Assembly: GCA_963695975.1 (NCBI GenBank)
Contig: CAVOIB010000001.1
Location: 65,149 to 129,148 of the forward strand
Source of the DNA: an uncultured Actinomycetes bacterium
GTDB taxonomy: Bacteria > Actinomycetota > UBA4738 > HRBIN12
Direction: 5' to 3'
Length of the DNA: 64,000 bases
The position numbers and the translations under genes are program-made. The notes under the pieces were generated by a model. That model was not told the origin of the DNA, ran no database searches, and worked only from the letters and a program-made list of their open reading frames with translations. Positions within the stretch are counted from its first letter, which is position 1, and the number at the start of each line of letters is the position of its first letter. This document shows positions 18,401-26,489 of the stretch, in pieces.

Positions 18401-18948
18401 GTGATCTGGACCGTTCCGGGCTCGGCCGTCTGCTCCATCCGGGCGGCGACGTTCACCGCGTCGCCCATCGCCGTGTACTCGGAACGGAGGTCCGAGCCGA
18501 CCTGGCCGACGACGACCGGTCCGGTGTTGATGCCGACCCGGACGTCGAGGTCGAGCCCTCGCTCCGCCTTCAGCCGTTCCTTGAACGGCGCGATCGCCGA
18601 GACGATCTCGAGCCCCGACATCACGGCTCGCTGCGGGTCGTCCTCGTGCGCGGTCGGAGCGCCGAAGAACGCGAGGATCGCGTCGCCCATCAGTCGCGCG
18701 ACGGTGCCCTCGTGGCGCACGACGGGTTCGATCAGGAGCTCGTACGCCGAGTTCATGATGTCGGTCCACGCCTCGGCGTCGAGCGTCTCCGCCATCGCCG
18801 TCGAGCCGCGGACGTCGCAGAACAGCATCGTCACGACGCGACGCTCACCCGAGCGCTCATCGGCCGCTTCCGCGAGCTTCGCGCCGCACGCGTTGCAGAA
18901 CCGCGAGCCCTCCGGGTTCGACGCGCCGCAGACCGAGCAGGCAGGCAT
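15469..18948 (-). CDS. multidomain signalling protein: N-terminal zinc ribbon, class III adenylate/guanylate cyclase (CHD), P-loop AAA/STAND-like ATPase, C-terminal TPR-like repeats
   Basis: CSVCGASNPEGSRFCNACGA; FCDVRGST…GDAILAFFG…; GEPGIGKSRL Walker A; long helical repeat region. True start is Met161 (ATG 18948) of ORF 15469..19428. Confidence 0.85.
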   Translation of the reverse strand: MPACSVCGASNPEGSRFCNACGAKLAEAADERSGERRVVTMLFCDVRGSTAMAETLDAEAWTDIMNSAYELLIEPVVRHEGTVARLMGDAILAFFGAPTAHEDDPQRAVMSGLEIVSAIAPFKERLKAERGLDLDVRVGINTGPVVVGQVGSDLRSEYTAMGDAVNVAARMEQTAEPGTVQITEDTFRLVADLFDVEDLGRIEVKGKREPLPAYRVRGRLAAPWRVRAGRTLETPLVGRERELERVRSALERTGQGVGTVVLLVGEPGIGKSRLVEEADAIWAELEPEDDRRWDRWYCVPYDAMQPYAQYRRLIRERAGIDERDPPDVARSKIAALMGALAHEDFREQSERVTRALLGVELEDEEPLEGEAFQRAATELVVGATLVHGGRHLIVFEDLHWCDQASLDLVRATTALVAEQPYVVVATFRPDPNAVSWGFKEWLERELADRTETIALEPLDGRESERLIDELLPGAELPPELRDRILERTEGNPLFVQEVVRSLVDAGALERAGEVLRLTDDIAVRSIPNTVQSLITVGFDRLPERTRRTLQTAAVIGRTFDEDVLRSVIGDGEVGGDLRELERRDLIRAVTGSPGEYTFRHALTQEAAYDSLLVKHRREIHHRVAEGIEAGSADRLADVAALLVHHYVEAGDDEATLRFALLAGETARRLYANSEAAAHYRTAIDAGLRLGADAEVLRSAFGERGGSLEVAGRHHEAVAGYEEMRKIARERGDEAMELDANMALALLYGTPSPLFDPEVGRKLSEENAVVARRLGDRAAEARALWNVVVSNIYGNGDDDRAVEAGEASLAIARELGAREQVAFTLQDVSRADMSRGDFPTAWERLSEARGIWEELGNIPMLGENLTASSLMRLIRGEHANAMEEARRAFAISEEIGNRWGASYALIPVYRIELDLGRVGDAIASIDGSRELGEQGGFAYAAVESRAEFASVVAWAGDGERALALADEAYAIALERIAPGVMVATVARAEALLALGDLEGAREALAGFVSAKLPEIQRSFTVAAAGLTRSRLELAAGAPAAAAGAAEPLLERLRATGAEIFVAEALATLARARVAAGELDDAERLVGESLERSSRLGERLARWSALEVLAEIRGRRGDADGAADARREIRAIADEVTRHIDDDALRRGFAARAAAAGGSTR

Positions 18949-18989
18949 GGCGGCAGGGTAGGCCCGCGGGGTGGCCGGCGCGAGTCGGG

Positions 18990-19430
18990 AGCTAGCCCGA
19001 CCCCGAGCGACGCGAGGAGCCTTTCGCCACGCGCCCGGGCGTTGTCGTCGCCGGCCAGCCGGGCGTGGCTGAGCAACGCCATCGCCTCCTCGAACGGATC
19101 GCCGTGGACGCGCCACCGTTCGGCCACCTTGGCGTACGCGACCCCGGCGTCGGGATCGCCGTCGGCATCGGCCAGCATCGCTCGCGGGGGCGTCGACGAC
19201 CTCGGCGTCGTTCGACGCACCCGCGGGCTCGGCGGCCGCGAGGAGGCGCCGCGCCCTCGCCGCCCGGGGGAGCCGGCCGTACGCGACCTCGCGGATCAGG
19301 GCGTGCTCGAACCCGAACGCCTCCAGCCTGGGCATCGACGTCGTCCGCGGCTCGAGCAATAGGCCGGGCGATAGGTTCGGTGGTAAAGACAGTGGCAAGC
19401 CGCTGACCAGCGGCTCTACGCAGGACATCG
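18990..19430 (-). pseudogene. frame-disrupted remnant of a paralogous cyclase/ATPase/TPR-family gene
   Basis: Two frames carry family-specific segments. FEHALIREVAYGRLPRAARARRLLAAAE matches YTFRHALTQEAAYDSLLVKHRREIHHRVAEGIE and FRFHHILIQEAAYRGTPKEVRADLHEAFANWVE. MALLSHARLAGDD matches AALLVHHYVEAGDD. Confidence 0.45.
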
Positions 19431-19709
19431 CGGCCCGATGCGGGCATCTTCGTCAGCACTCGGCGAAGATCGGCGTCCTTCATGCTCCAGTATCGGTGCG
19501 GAGACTACTCGTAAGAGGGTCGCAGGTGTGGACCGAGCGGCACCGTTCGAACAGGAGAGCGTGACCGGGCTGGGGACCCGACCCAACAAGCCGATCGCTC
19601 GTTCCCGTGAGGACCTCGCGCTCTCGACATGCCACCGACCCCGAGGTCCCGACAACGTGCTGCTCACGGGAAACACGCTACGGCGCGGCGCCGACATCGC
19701 CGGATGACG

Positions 19710-19784
19710 TGGGCCTGGCAGGATTCGAACCTGCGACACGAGGGTTAAAAGCCCCCTGCTCTGACCGGGCTGAGCTACAGGCCC
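19710..19784 (-). tRNA. tRNA-Lys (TTT)
   Basis: GGGCCTGTAGCTCAG…anticodon loop CTTTTAA…GGTTCGAATCC…CAGGCCCA. CCA not encoded. Confidence 0.85.
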
Positions 19785-19871
19785 TTCCCGCGGGATTGTA
19801 CGGATGCGGTCTGTGACCAAGGCGGCTCATCTTCCGACGTCTGGGTCGGCTCCTGTAGGGTTTCCGAGTGC

Positions 19872-21575
19872 ATGCCAGGGCTGCCTGGATGCATCCACGT
19901 CTGGCGGCCTTCTTTGGAGGAGTCTTTGGTCACGAAGGACACTCTCCATCGCGGTCACGAGTCCTTCGCACGCCACGCGTGGGGGGATGCGTACGCCCAA
20001 CTGTCGTCAGCGGATCGCGAAGCGTTCCTCGACCCCGAGGATCTCGAGTTGCTCGCGACGGCTGCCTACTTGGTCGGCAAGGACATCGAAAGCGCCGAAG
20101 TGTGGACCCGTGCGCATCAAGGGTTCCTCAGCCGGGAGGACGTGCCCGGAGCTGCCCGTTGCGCGTTATGGCTGGCCTTCGGGCTGCTGAACGCCGGGGA
20201 GGTAACCCAAGCCGGCGGCTGGATCGCAAGAGCCCGTCGCTTGCTCGTCGACGTCGAGCCTGACTGCGTCGAGCGGGGCTATCTGCTCTTGCCGGCCGCC
20301 CTCCAGAGTTTCGAAGAAGGCGATGTCGCGGCTGCGTATGCCATGTTCGAACAGGCCGCCAAGATCGGCGATCGCTTCCGCGACCAGGATCTCGTGACCC
20401 TGGCCCGGCACGGCCTTGGGCAGGCCCTGATCGCGCTGGGCAAGCCCGCGGAGGGGATGGCGCTGCTCGACGAGGTTATGGTCGCCGTCACGGCCGGCGA
20501 GGTTTCTCCGATCATCGCCGGGACGGTCTACTGCGGGGTGATCGAGGCCTGCCAGGAGGTCTTCGACCTGCGTCGCGCGCAAGGGTGGACCGCGGCACTG
20601 AGCCACTGGTGCGAGTCTCAGCCGGATCTGGTGCTCTATCGCGGTCAGTGTCTGGTGTACCGCGCCGAGATCATGCAGCTGCACGGCACGTGGGCGGATG
20701 CCATGAACGAGGCGCATCTCGCTCGTGATCGACTCTCCCAGCCGGAGGGCCAGCCGGCGGTGGGGATGGCCCTCTACCGACTTGCCGAGCTGCACCGACT
20801 GCGCGGTGAATTCGCTGAGGCCGAAGAGAATTACCGCCAAGCCAGTCAGTGGGGTCGAAGCCCTAATCCGGGTCTCGCGCTCTTGCGACTGGCGCAGGGT
20901 CGGGTCGATGCCGCGCAGGCGGGTGTTCGCGGCGTGGTCGACGAAGCAGATGCCGGAGTGACCCGGGCCAAGGTGCTCCCTGCCTACATCGAGATCATGC
21001 TCGCCGCCGGAGACACCGCTGCGGCAGGGGAGGCAGCCGCTGAGCTGTCGGAGTTCGCCGTTGAGATCGACTCGCCTCTCTTGCTTGCCGCGGCTGCGTA
21101 CGCCACGGGAGCAGTCCTTCTATCCGAAGGCGAGGCGCGAGCCGCGCTCGGGCCGTTACGGCGCTCGTGGGAGATATGGCAGGAGCTCGAAGCGCCGTAC
21201 GAAGCTGCGCGCGCTCGGGTGCTGACGGGTCTTGCCCGCCGCGAACTCGAAGATGAGGACGCGGGAGAGATGGAGTTCGATGCCGCTCGGCGGATCTTCC
21301 AGCGTCTGGGCGCGGCGCCAGATCTCCGCCGTGTGATGGGGCTGATGCTGAAGCCTGGATCGAAGGCCGAGGGCGAGCTCTCCCCGCGCGAGTTGCAGGT
21401 GCTTCGCCTCGTGGCCGCCGGAAAGACCAATCGATCGATAGCCGCTGAGCTGTTCATCAGCGACAAGACGGTCGCTCGTCATGTCAGCAACATCTTCACC
21501 AAGCTGGGGGTGGATTCCCGATCCGCCGCCACAGCGCACGCCTATCAGCACGGCCTCGTCGATACGACTACATAG
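19872..21575 (+). CDS. LuxR-family transcriptional regulator (N-terminal TPR-like helical domain plus C-terminal LuxR HTH)
   Basis: C-terminal [45 protein letters not shown]. It resembles the C-terminal half of cyclase-ATPase-LuxR proteins. Start uncertain. Confidence 0.8.
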   Translation: MPGLPGCIHVWRPSLEESLVTKDTLHRGHESFARHAWGDAYAQLSSADREAFLDPEDLELLATAAYLVGKDIESAEVWTRAHQGFLSREDVPGAARCALWLAFGLLNAGEVTQAGGWIARARRLLVDVEPDCVERGYLLLPAALQSFEEGDVAAAYAMFEQAAKIGDRFRDQDLVTLARHGLGQALIALGKPAEGMALLDEVMVAVTAGEVSPIIAGTVYCGVIEACQEVFDLRRAQGWTAALSHWCESQPDLVLYRGQCLVYRAEIMQLHGTWADAMNEAHLARDRLSQPEGQPAVGMALYRLAELHRLRGEFAEAEENYRQASQWGRSPNPGLALLRLAQGRVDAAQAGVRGVVDEADAGVTRAKVLPAYIEIMLAAGDTAAAGEAAAELSEFAVEIDSPLLLAAAAYATGAVLLSEGEARAALGPLRRSWEIWQELEAPYEAARARVLTGLARRELEDEDAGEMEFDAARRIFQRLGAAPDLRRVMGLMLKPGSKAEGELSPRELQVLRLVAAGKTNRSIAAELFISDKTVARHVSNIFTKLGVDSRSAATAHAYQHGLVDTTT

Positions 21576-21623
21576 GAATACCCATCCCGCCTCGATCCAG
21601 AGGTTGGGTGTTCCTCCCGATGT

Positions 21624-22634
21624 GTGACCCCCGGCGCCCCCATAGCGTGTGCTCGTCGCCGAGAGATGGAGGGTCGCATGGAAACGGGTGCCGAGCGGGA
21701 CAGGCAACTCGAGGCCGCACAGGCGGTCTTGCTCGCGGAACTCGCCCCTGAGACGCGCGTTCGCCGCGTGCGTTGGTCGCAGGGAGAGACCCACGTGCTC
21801 GAGCTCGGCAGCGGGCCCCCCCTGCTCCTGGTGCACGGCGCCCTCAGCGGTGCCGCCGGATGGGTGCCGATCCTGCCCGAACTCGCACGGAACCGCCGGG
21901 TGTTCGCCGTGGATCTGCCGGGACATGGGTTGGCCGACCCGTTCGACTACACGGGTGTCGATCTACTCGGGCTTGCTCAGACGTTCCTTCGCGACATCCT
22001 GGATGCACTGGAGGTCCCAACGGTCGACCTGGTCGCGAACTCGCTGGGCGGGCTCTTCTCCGCGATCTTCGCGATCGAACATCCGGAGCGGGTGTCGCGG
22101 GTCGTCCTCGTCGGCGCTCCGGCCGGCGTGGATCGGGCGGTCCCGCTGCCGCTGCGGATACTGGGCCTTCCGCTCGTCGGGCACCCGCTCGCTCGGTCGA
22201 TGACATCCAAGCTAACGCGGCAGAGCAACCGGAAGTTCTGGGGCCAGGTGCTGGTGACGCATCCCGCGTATCTCGGTGACTCGCTGCTCGATGAGGACAT
22301 AGCGAGTGCGCGTCGGAATTCCGTCAGCGGCCTCAGCCTGCTTTTCCGCCTCGGTGACTTCAGAGGTCTGTCGCGTGATCTGATCCTCGGCGAGCGCTGG
22401 ATGGAGCTCTCGGTGCCGACGTTGATGCTGTGGGGCGACCGCGACACGTTCTTCGGAGGACCCGAGAAGGGGGAGGCGATCGCTCGGAGGAATGCGAATC
22501 TCAGCGTGATCCGCATCCCGGGTGCGGGACACATCGCCTGGATCGACGACCCGGAGCGTGTGGTGCGCGAGGTCGACCGTTTCCTCGGGCATGTCGCCAA
22601 CACAGAGATCTCTAACTCGGCTCCGGCACCCTAG
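21624..22634 (+). CDS. alpha/beta-hydrolase fold protein
   Basis: HG oxyanion motif (LLLVHGAL), GxSxG nucleophile elbow (VANSLGG), C-terminal His. Start may be an internal ATG (21666 or 21678). Confidence 0.75.
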   Translation: MTPGAPIACARRREMEGRMETGAERDRQLEAAQAVLLAELAPETRVRRVRWSQGETHVLELGSGPPLLLVHGALSGAAGWVPILPELARNRRVFAVDLPGHGLADPFDYTGVDLLGLAQTFLRDILDALEVPTVDLVANSLGGLFSAIFAIEHPERVSRVVLVGAPAGVDRAVPLPLRILGLPLVGHPLARSMTSKLTRQSNRKFWGQVLVTHPAYLGDSLLDEDIASARRNSVSGLSLLFRLGDFRGLSRDLILGERWMELSVPTLMLWGDRDTFFGGPEKGEAIARRNANLSVIRIPGAGHIAWIDDPERVVREVDRFLGHVANTEISNSAPAP

Positions 22635-22730
22635 TGCTCGGTCGCCCGGCCTGTGCCGAGAAGTACTAGGGTGATGTATATCGAGGAGGCCCCCCGGCGC
22701 ATGTCTGGCTGAAGCCGGTCGGGAACGTTA

Positions 22731-22973
22731 TTGCTCACGGATCGACTGAAGGAATGGCGGCGCAAGCGTGCGAAAGCCGAAGGGGTGCCCGCGCGCGTCC
22801 TCCTACCGGATCGGACCCTCGACGGGATCGTCCGGAAGATGCCGAAGGACTGGGCGGACCTCGCGGGTATCCCAGGGATGGATCCGGCGAAGCTCGAACG
22901 GTACGGTGACGAGCTCCTCGCGATGGTGGCTGCCGTGGCCAGAAGCCGTGTCCTTCCTCCGGCCCTGACCTGA
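22731..22973 (+). CDS. stand-alone HRDC-domain protein (80 aa), TTG start
   Basis: LTDRLKEWRRKRAKAEGVPARVLLPDRTLDGIV…LAGIPGMDPAKLERYGDELL matches the HRDC domain of RecQ/RNase D. No other start codon is available after the upstream in-frame TGA. Confidence 0.4.
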   Translation: MLTDRLKEWRRKRAKAEGVPARVLLPDRTLDGIVRKMPKDWADLAGIPGMDPAKLERYGDELLAMVAAVARSRVLPPALT

Positions 22974-23056
22974 CGAAGGTCTCCTCGCGCACCTCGGAAA
23001 GATCCTCGGGGAACCCTCCGCAGGCCTGCGGGCGTCCCAGGAACATTGCCCGGCCA

Positions 23057-23063
23057 CAAGGAG
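23057..23063 (+). promoter_or_regulatory. Shine-Dalgarno AAGGAGG, 6 nt upstream of the SIMPL gene GTG start
   Basis: Read in the sequence. The same AAGGAGG spacing recurs before the cupredoxin (26030), ABM (46222) and PNPOx-like (51634) genes. Confidence 0.5.
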
Positions 23064-23069
23064 GCCCCC

Positions 23070-23828
23070 GTGAGACGGATCAGCTACGTGATCGCGGGTG
23101 TCGTGCTCGGAGCGATCGTCGCCCTGCAGGCGCCGTCGTTCGCGCAGGACACCGGCTCGTCGGACCCCAGCACCACGCAGCGCACCGTGACCGTGAGCGG
23201 CTCCGCCACGATCTCGTCGGCGCCGGACGAGGCGGTCGTCGGACTCGGCGTGCAGACCCAGGCCAACACCGCCCAGGGCGCACTGTCGCAGAACGCCGAG
23301 AAGATGATGAAGGTCCTCCAGGCGGTCGCGGACCAGGGCGTCAGCAAGGACGACATCGCGACCACCTCCGTGAGCCTGTATCCGACGTACGGACAGAACG
23401 GCATGGACATCACCGGCTATCAGGCCTCGAACCAGGTCGACGTGACGCTGCACGACATGAACAAGGTCGGACCGGTGATCGACGCGGCGGTCGGCGCGGG
23501 CGCGAACTTCACGAACGGCGTCACGTTCCGCCTGTCCGATCAGAACCAGGGAGTGAACCAGGCACTCACCGCGGCCGTCGCCGATGCCCGGTCGAAGGCC
23601 GAGACGCTCGCCGCCGCCGGTGACGCGCAGCTCGGACAGGTCGTCACGATCCAGGAGACGTCGGTGCCCACGGGCCCGCCGATCTACTACGACAGGATGG
23701 CGATGGGAGCCGCCGAAGCGTCGGCGCCGACACCCGATCGAGCCGCCGACGCTCGAGACCCAGGTCTCGATCACGGTGGTGTGGTCCCTGGTGTAGGTCC
23801 CGCTACGTCGTCCCGTAGCGGTTGGTGA
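23070..23828 (+). CDS. SIMPL-domain (DUF541/YggE-like) secreted protein with an apparent +1 frameshift near 23736; corrected C-terminus ends at 23796
   Basis: Signal peptide plus SIMPL motifs. The conserved C-terminal strand (PIEPPTLETQVSITVVWSLV) is in the +1 frame after a CCC run. Confidence 0.65.
   Translation: MRRISYVIAGVVLGAIVALQAPSFAQDTGSSDPSTTQRTVTVSGSATISSAPDEAVVGLGVQTQANTAQGALSQNAEKMMKVLQAVADQGVSKDDIATTSVSLYPTYGQNGMDITGYQASNQVDVTLHDMNKVGPVIDAAVGAGANFTNGVTFRLSDQNQGVNQALTAAVADARSKAETLAAAGDAQLGQVVTIQETSVPTGPPIYYDRMAMGAAEASAPTPDRAADARDPGLDHGGVVPGVGPATSSRSGW
23800..23821. terminator. 8-bp stem hairpin CCGCTACG-TCGTCC-CGTAGCGG between convergent SIMPL and nadE
   Basis: Read in the sequence. 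Confidence 0.3.
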
Positions 23829-25428
23829 TCGGCAGGCGGCGGTCGCGCCCGAACGCCTTCGGCGTGATCTTCACCCCGGGCGCGGCCTGCCGTCGCTTGT
23901 ACTCGGCGCGATCGATCATCGTCGTCACGCGTTCCACCGTCGCCCGGTTGAACCCCCGGGCGACGATCGCGTCCACGTCCAAGTCGTCCTCGACGTAGGA
24001 CTCGACGATCGGATCGAGCACGTCGTACGGAGGCAGCGAGTCGGTATCGAGTTGACCGGGCCGGAGTTCCGCGGATGGGGGTTTCGTCATCGTCCGTTCG
24101 GGGATCGGCGCGCTCGATGGATGGACCTGCTCGTTCCGCCATCTCGCGACTTCGTACACGAGGGTCTTGGGCACGTCCTTGATGGGCGCGAACCCCCCGG
24201 CCATGTCGCCGTACAGGGTCGCGTACCCGACCGCGTACTCGCTCTTGTTCCCGGTCGCGAGGACGAGCGATCCGAACGTGTTCGACAGCGCCATGAGCAG
24301 GTTGCCGCGCACGCGGGCCTGGATGTTCTCCTGGGCGATGCCCTCCGAGGTGCCAGCGAGGAGCTCCGCGAGCGTCCGCCGATAGGCCTCGAACACATCG
24401 GTGATCGGCACGACGTCGATCCGGACGCCGAGCCGCTCCGCACAATCCAGGGCGTCCTCGACGCTCTCGGCGGAGGAGTACGGCGAGGGCATCGCCAGCA
24501 CGCGCACGGCCGCGGGACCGAGCGCGTCGGCCGCGAGCGTCGCGACGAGAGCCGAGTCGATCCCGCCCGACAGCCCGACCACGGCCTCCCGGAACCCGTT
24601 CTTCCGCACGTAGTCGCCGAGACCCAGCACGAGCGCCCGATAGACCTCCTCCGCGCCGCTCGGCCACACGGTGCCGTGATCCGAGGTCACCTCACCCTCG
24701 TCGCCGATCTCCACCAGGACGAGGTCCTCGTCGAACATCGGCGCCCGGGCGACGACCTCTCCGGCGGGAGAGACGACCATCGAGCCGCCGTCGAACACCA
24801 GCTCGTCCTGTCCGCCGACGGCGTTCACGTACACGATCCACGCGCCGGTCTGTCTCGCTCGGGCCCGGCAGATCTCCAGGCGGTCCTCGCCCTTCCCGTG
24901 GTGGTAGGGCGATCCGTTGATGTTCAGGATGACCCGCGGCCTGGTGCGGGCGTAGGTGTCGAACGGCGCGTCGCCGTGCCACGCGTCTTCGCACACCGAC
25001 AGGCCCAGCTCGGATGAGCCCATACGAACCGAACATGCGTCCTCGCCCGGAACGAAGTAGCGCTTCTCGTCGAACACGCCGAAGTTCGGGAGCTGGATCT
25101 TGTGGTAGCGGGCTTCGACACGACCGTCGCGCAGGAGCGCGGCCGCGTTGTGCAGGCCGTGCGCCGACCGATCGACGAACCCGGTCAGCACCGCGCAACC
25201 CGTCGACGTGGCGGTCGCCAGGGTATCGAGCGCGGCGAGGTTGTCGTCCACGAACGCGGTCCGAAGGACCAGATCCTCCGGCGGGTAACCGGTGATCGCG
25301 AGCTCGGGGAAGCAGATCAGGTCGGCGCCCGCGACGGCCGCTCTGGCCGTCCACTCGCCCATGCGCTCGATGTTCCCGTCGAGATCGCCGACGGTCGTGT
25401 TCAGCTGGCCGAGCGCGACGCGGACCAC
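23803..25428 (-). CDS. nadE: glutamine-dependent NAD+ synthetase
   Basis: N-terminal CN-hydrolase domain (…ICFPELAITGYPPEDL…) and C-terminal NAD-synthase SGGIDS PP-loop. Confidence 0.9.
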   Translation of the reverse strand: MVRVALGQLNTTVGDLDGNIERMGEWTARAAVAGADLICFPELAITGYPPEDLVLRTAFVDDNLAALDTLATATSTGCAVLTGFVDRSAHGLHNAAALLRDGRVEARYHKIQLPNFGVFDEKRYFVPGEDACSVRMGSSELGLSVCEDAWHGDAPFDTYARTRPRVILNINGSPYHHGKGEDRLEICRARARQTGAWIVYVNAVGGQDELVFDGGSMVVSPAGEVVARAPMFDEDLVLVEIGDEGEVTSDHGTVWPSGAEEVYRALVLGLGDYVRKNGFREAVVGLSGGIDSALVATLAADALGPAAVRVLAMPSPYSSAESVEDALDCAERLGVRIDVVPITDVFEAYRRTLAELLAGTSEGIAQENIQARVRGNLLMALSNTFGSLVLATGNKSEYAVGYATLYGDMAGGFAPIKDVPKTLVYEVARWRNEQVHPSSAPIPERTMTKPPSAELRPGQLDTDSLPPYDVLDPIVESYVEDDLDVDAIVARGFNRATVERVTTMIDRAEYKRRQAAPGVKITPKAFGRDRRLPITNRYGTT

Positions 25429-25472
25429 GACGGAAGCCTACGCGACCGGGCCCTCCACCCTGCTACCGCTGG

Positions 25473-25943
25473 TTACTCGGTCCCGCCGATGTCGACGTTG
25501 TACGCCTCCCAGACGAGGTCGGCGCCCTTCTGCCGATGGCGAACGACCGCGCCGATCAGGCGTTGCAGGTCGTCGCGCGCCTTGTCGAGCGGCCAGACGT
25601 CGGTCCCCACCTCTCCCAGCTCCAGCTTGGCCAGGAGCGTCCCGATCGACCGATCGATCGTGGGATGCTCCTCGCGGAGACGGCCGACGGTACCCACGAG
25701 CCGCGGAGCGCGCTCCATGATCTCCTCGTACAGGCCACCGGGCTTCTCCGTCACGATCACGTGCTGATCGAATGCGTCACGCACGCCGACCATGTCCTTC
25801 GTGACCTGGGCACTCCACGCCTCGACGCGGCCGGCGGCCGGCGAGCTGATCGCCATCTCCAGCTGCACGATCGCGTCGTGAAGGGTCTGGCGGCGCTTCT
25901 TGGCCTCGCCCAGGGCTCTGGTGAGTCGTTCGTTCGGCTCCAT
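25473..25943 (-). CDS. hypothetical protein (possibly hemerythrin-like)
   Basis: 156-aa ORF with protein-like composition. Domain assignment is tentative. Confidence 0.35.
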   Translation of the reverse strand: MEPNERLTRALGEAKKRRQTLHDAIVQLEMAISSPAAGRVEAWSAQVTKDMVGVRDAFDQHVIVTEKPGGLYEEIMERAPRLVGTVGRLREEHPTIDRSIGTLLAKLELGEVGTDVWPLDKARDDLQRLIGAVVRHRQKGADLVWEAYNVDIGGTE

Positions 25944-26029
25944 CCACCCACTCTACGGGGCCTCGTCGAGCGTGCGCAAGCCGGGCGCTTGCGGGTATCG
26001 TTCCGTGGCAGATCACTCCAAGGAGGCAC

Positions 26030-26422
26030 GTGATGACCGCTCCCCGCATCCGCACGCTTATCGCCGTCCTCGCGACGGTCGCGCTTACGACGACGGTCGG
26101 GGCGACCGCCGCCGCCCACCCGGCAACCCGCGGCCTGCCGACGCGCGACACCAAGATCGTCAAGGGCGTGGTCACGAGCTGGTCGCCGTCGGCGATCCGC
26201 ATCTCCGATGGCGACACGATCAAGTGGAAGAGCGTGTCCGGCACGCACACGGTGACCGCCTACGGGGGGAACTGGAACTTCAACCACAGCCTCAACCAGG
26301 GCAGCACGGTCACTCACAAGTTCACCAAGGCGGGCACGTTCAAGTTCCGCTGCACGTTCCATTCATCGCTCGTGGGCAACTCCTGCACCGGGATGTGCGG
26401 GAAGGTCGTCGTTTCAGCCTGA
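26030..26422 (+). CDS. cupredoxin-like (plastocyanin/azurin family) secreted blue-copper protein
   Basis: Signal peptide, HTVTAY, and a C-terminal FRCTFHSSLVGNSCTGMCGKVVV (Cys-His-Met copper ligands). SD AAGGAGG upstream. Confidence 0.65.
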   Translation: MMTAPRIRTLIAVLATVALTTTVGATAAAHPATRGLPTRDTKIVKGVVTSWSPSAIRISDGDTIKWKSVSGTHTVTAYGGNWNFNHSLNQGSTVTHKFTKAGTFKFRCTFHSSLVGNSCTGMCGKVVVSA

Positions 26423-26489
26423 CGACGGCTTCCCTCTCGGCGCTCCCCGCGGCTAGACTCCGGAGGCGCCCCAGTCCCCGGAGGTAGCC

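Noticed and set aside
18949-19428. 160-aa N-terminal extension of ORF 15469..19428
   Set aside because: The functional protein starts at Met161 (ATG 18948), where the zinc ribbon begins. The upstream part has no start context and belongs to the decayed paralogue fragment.
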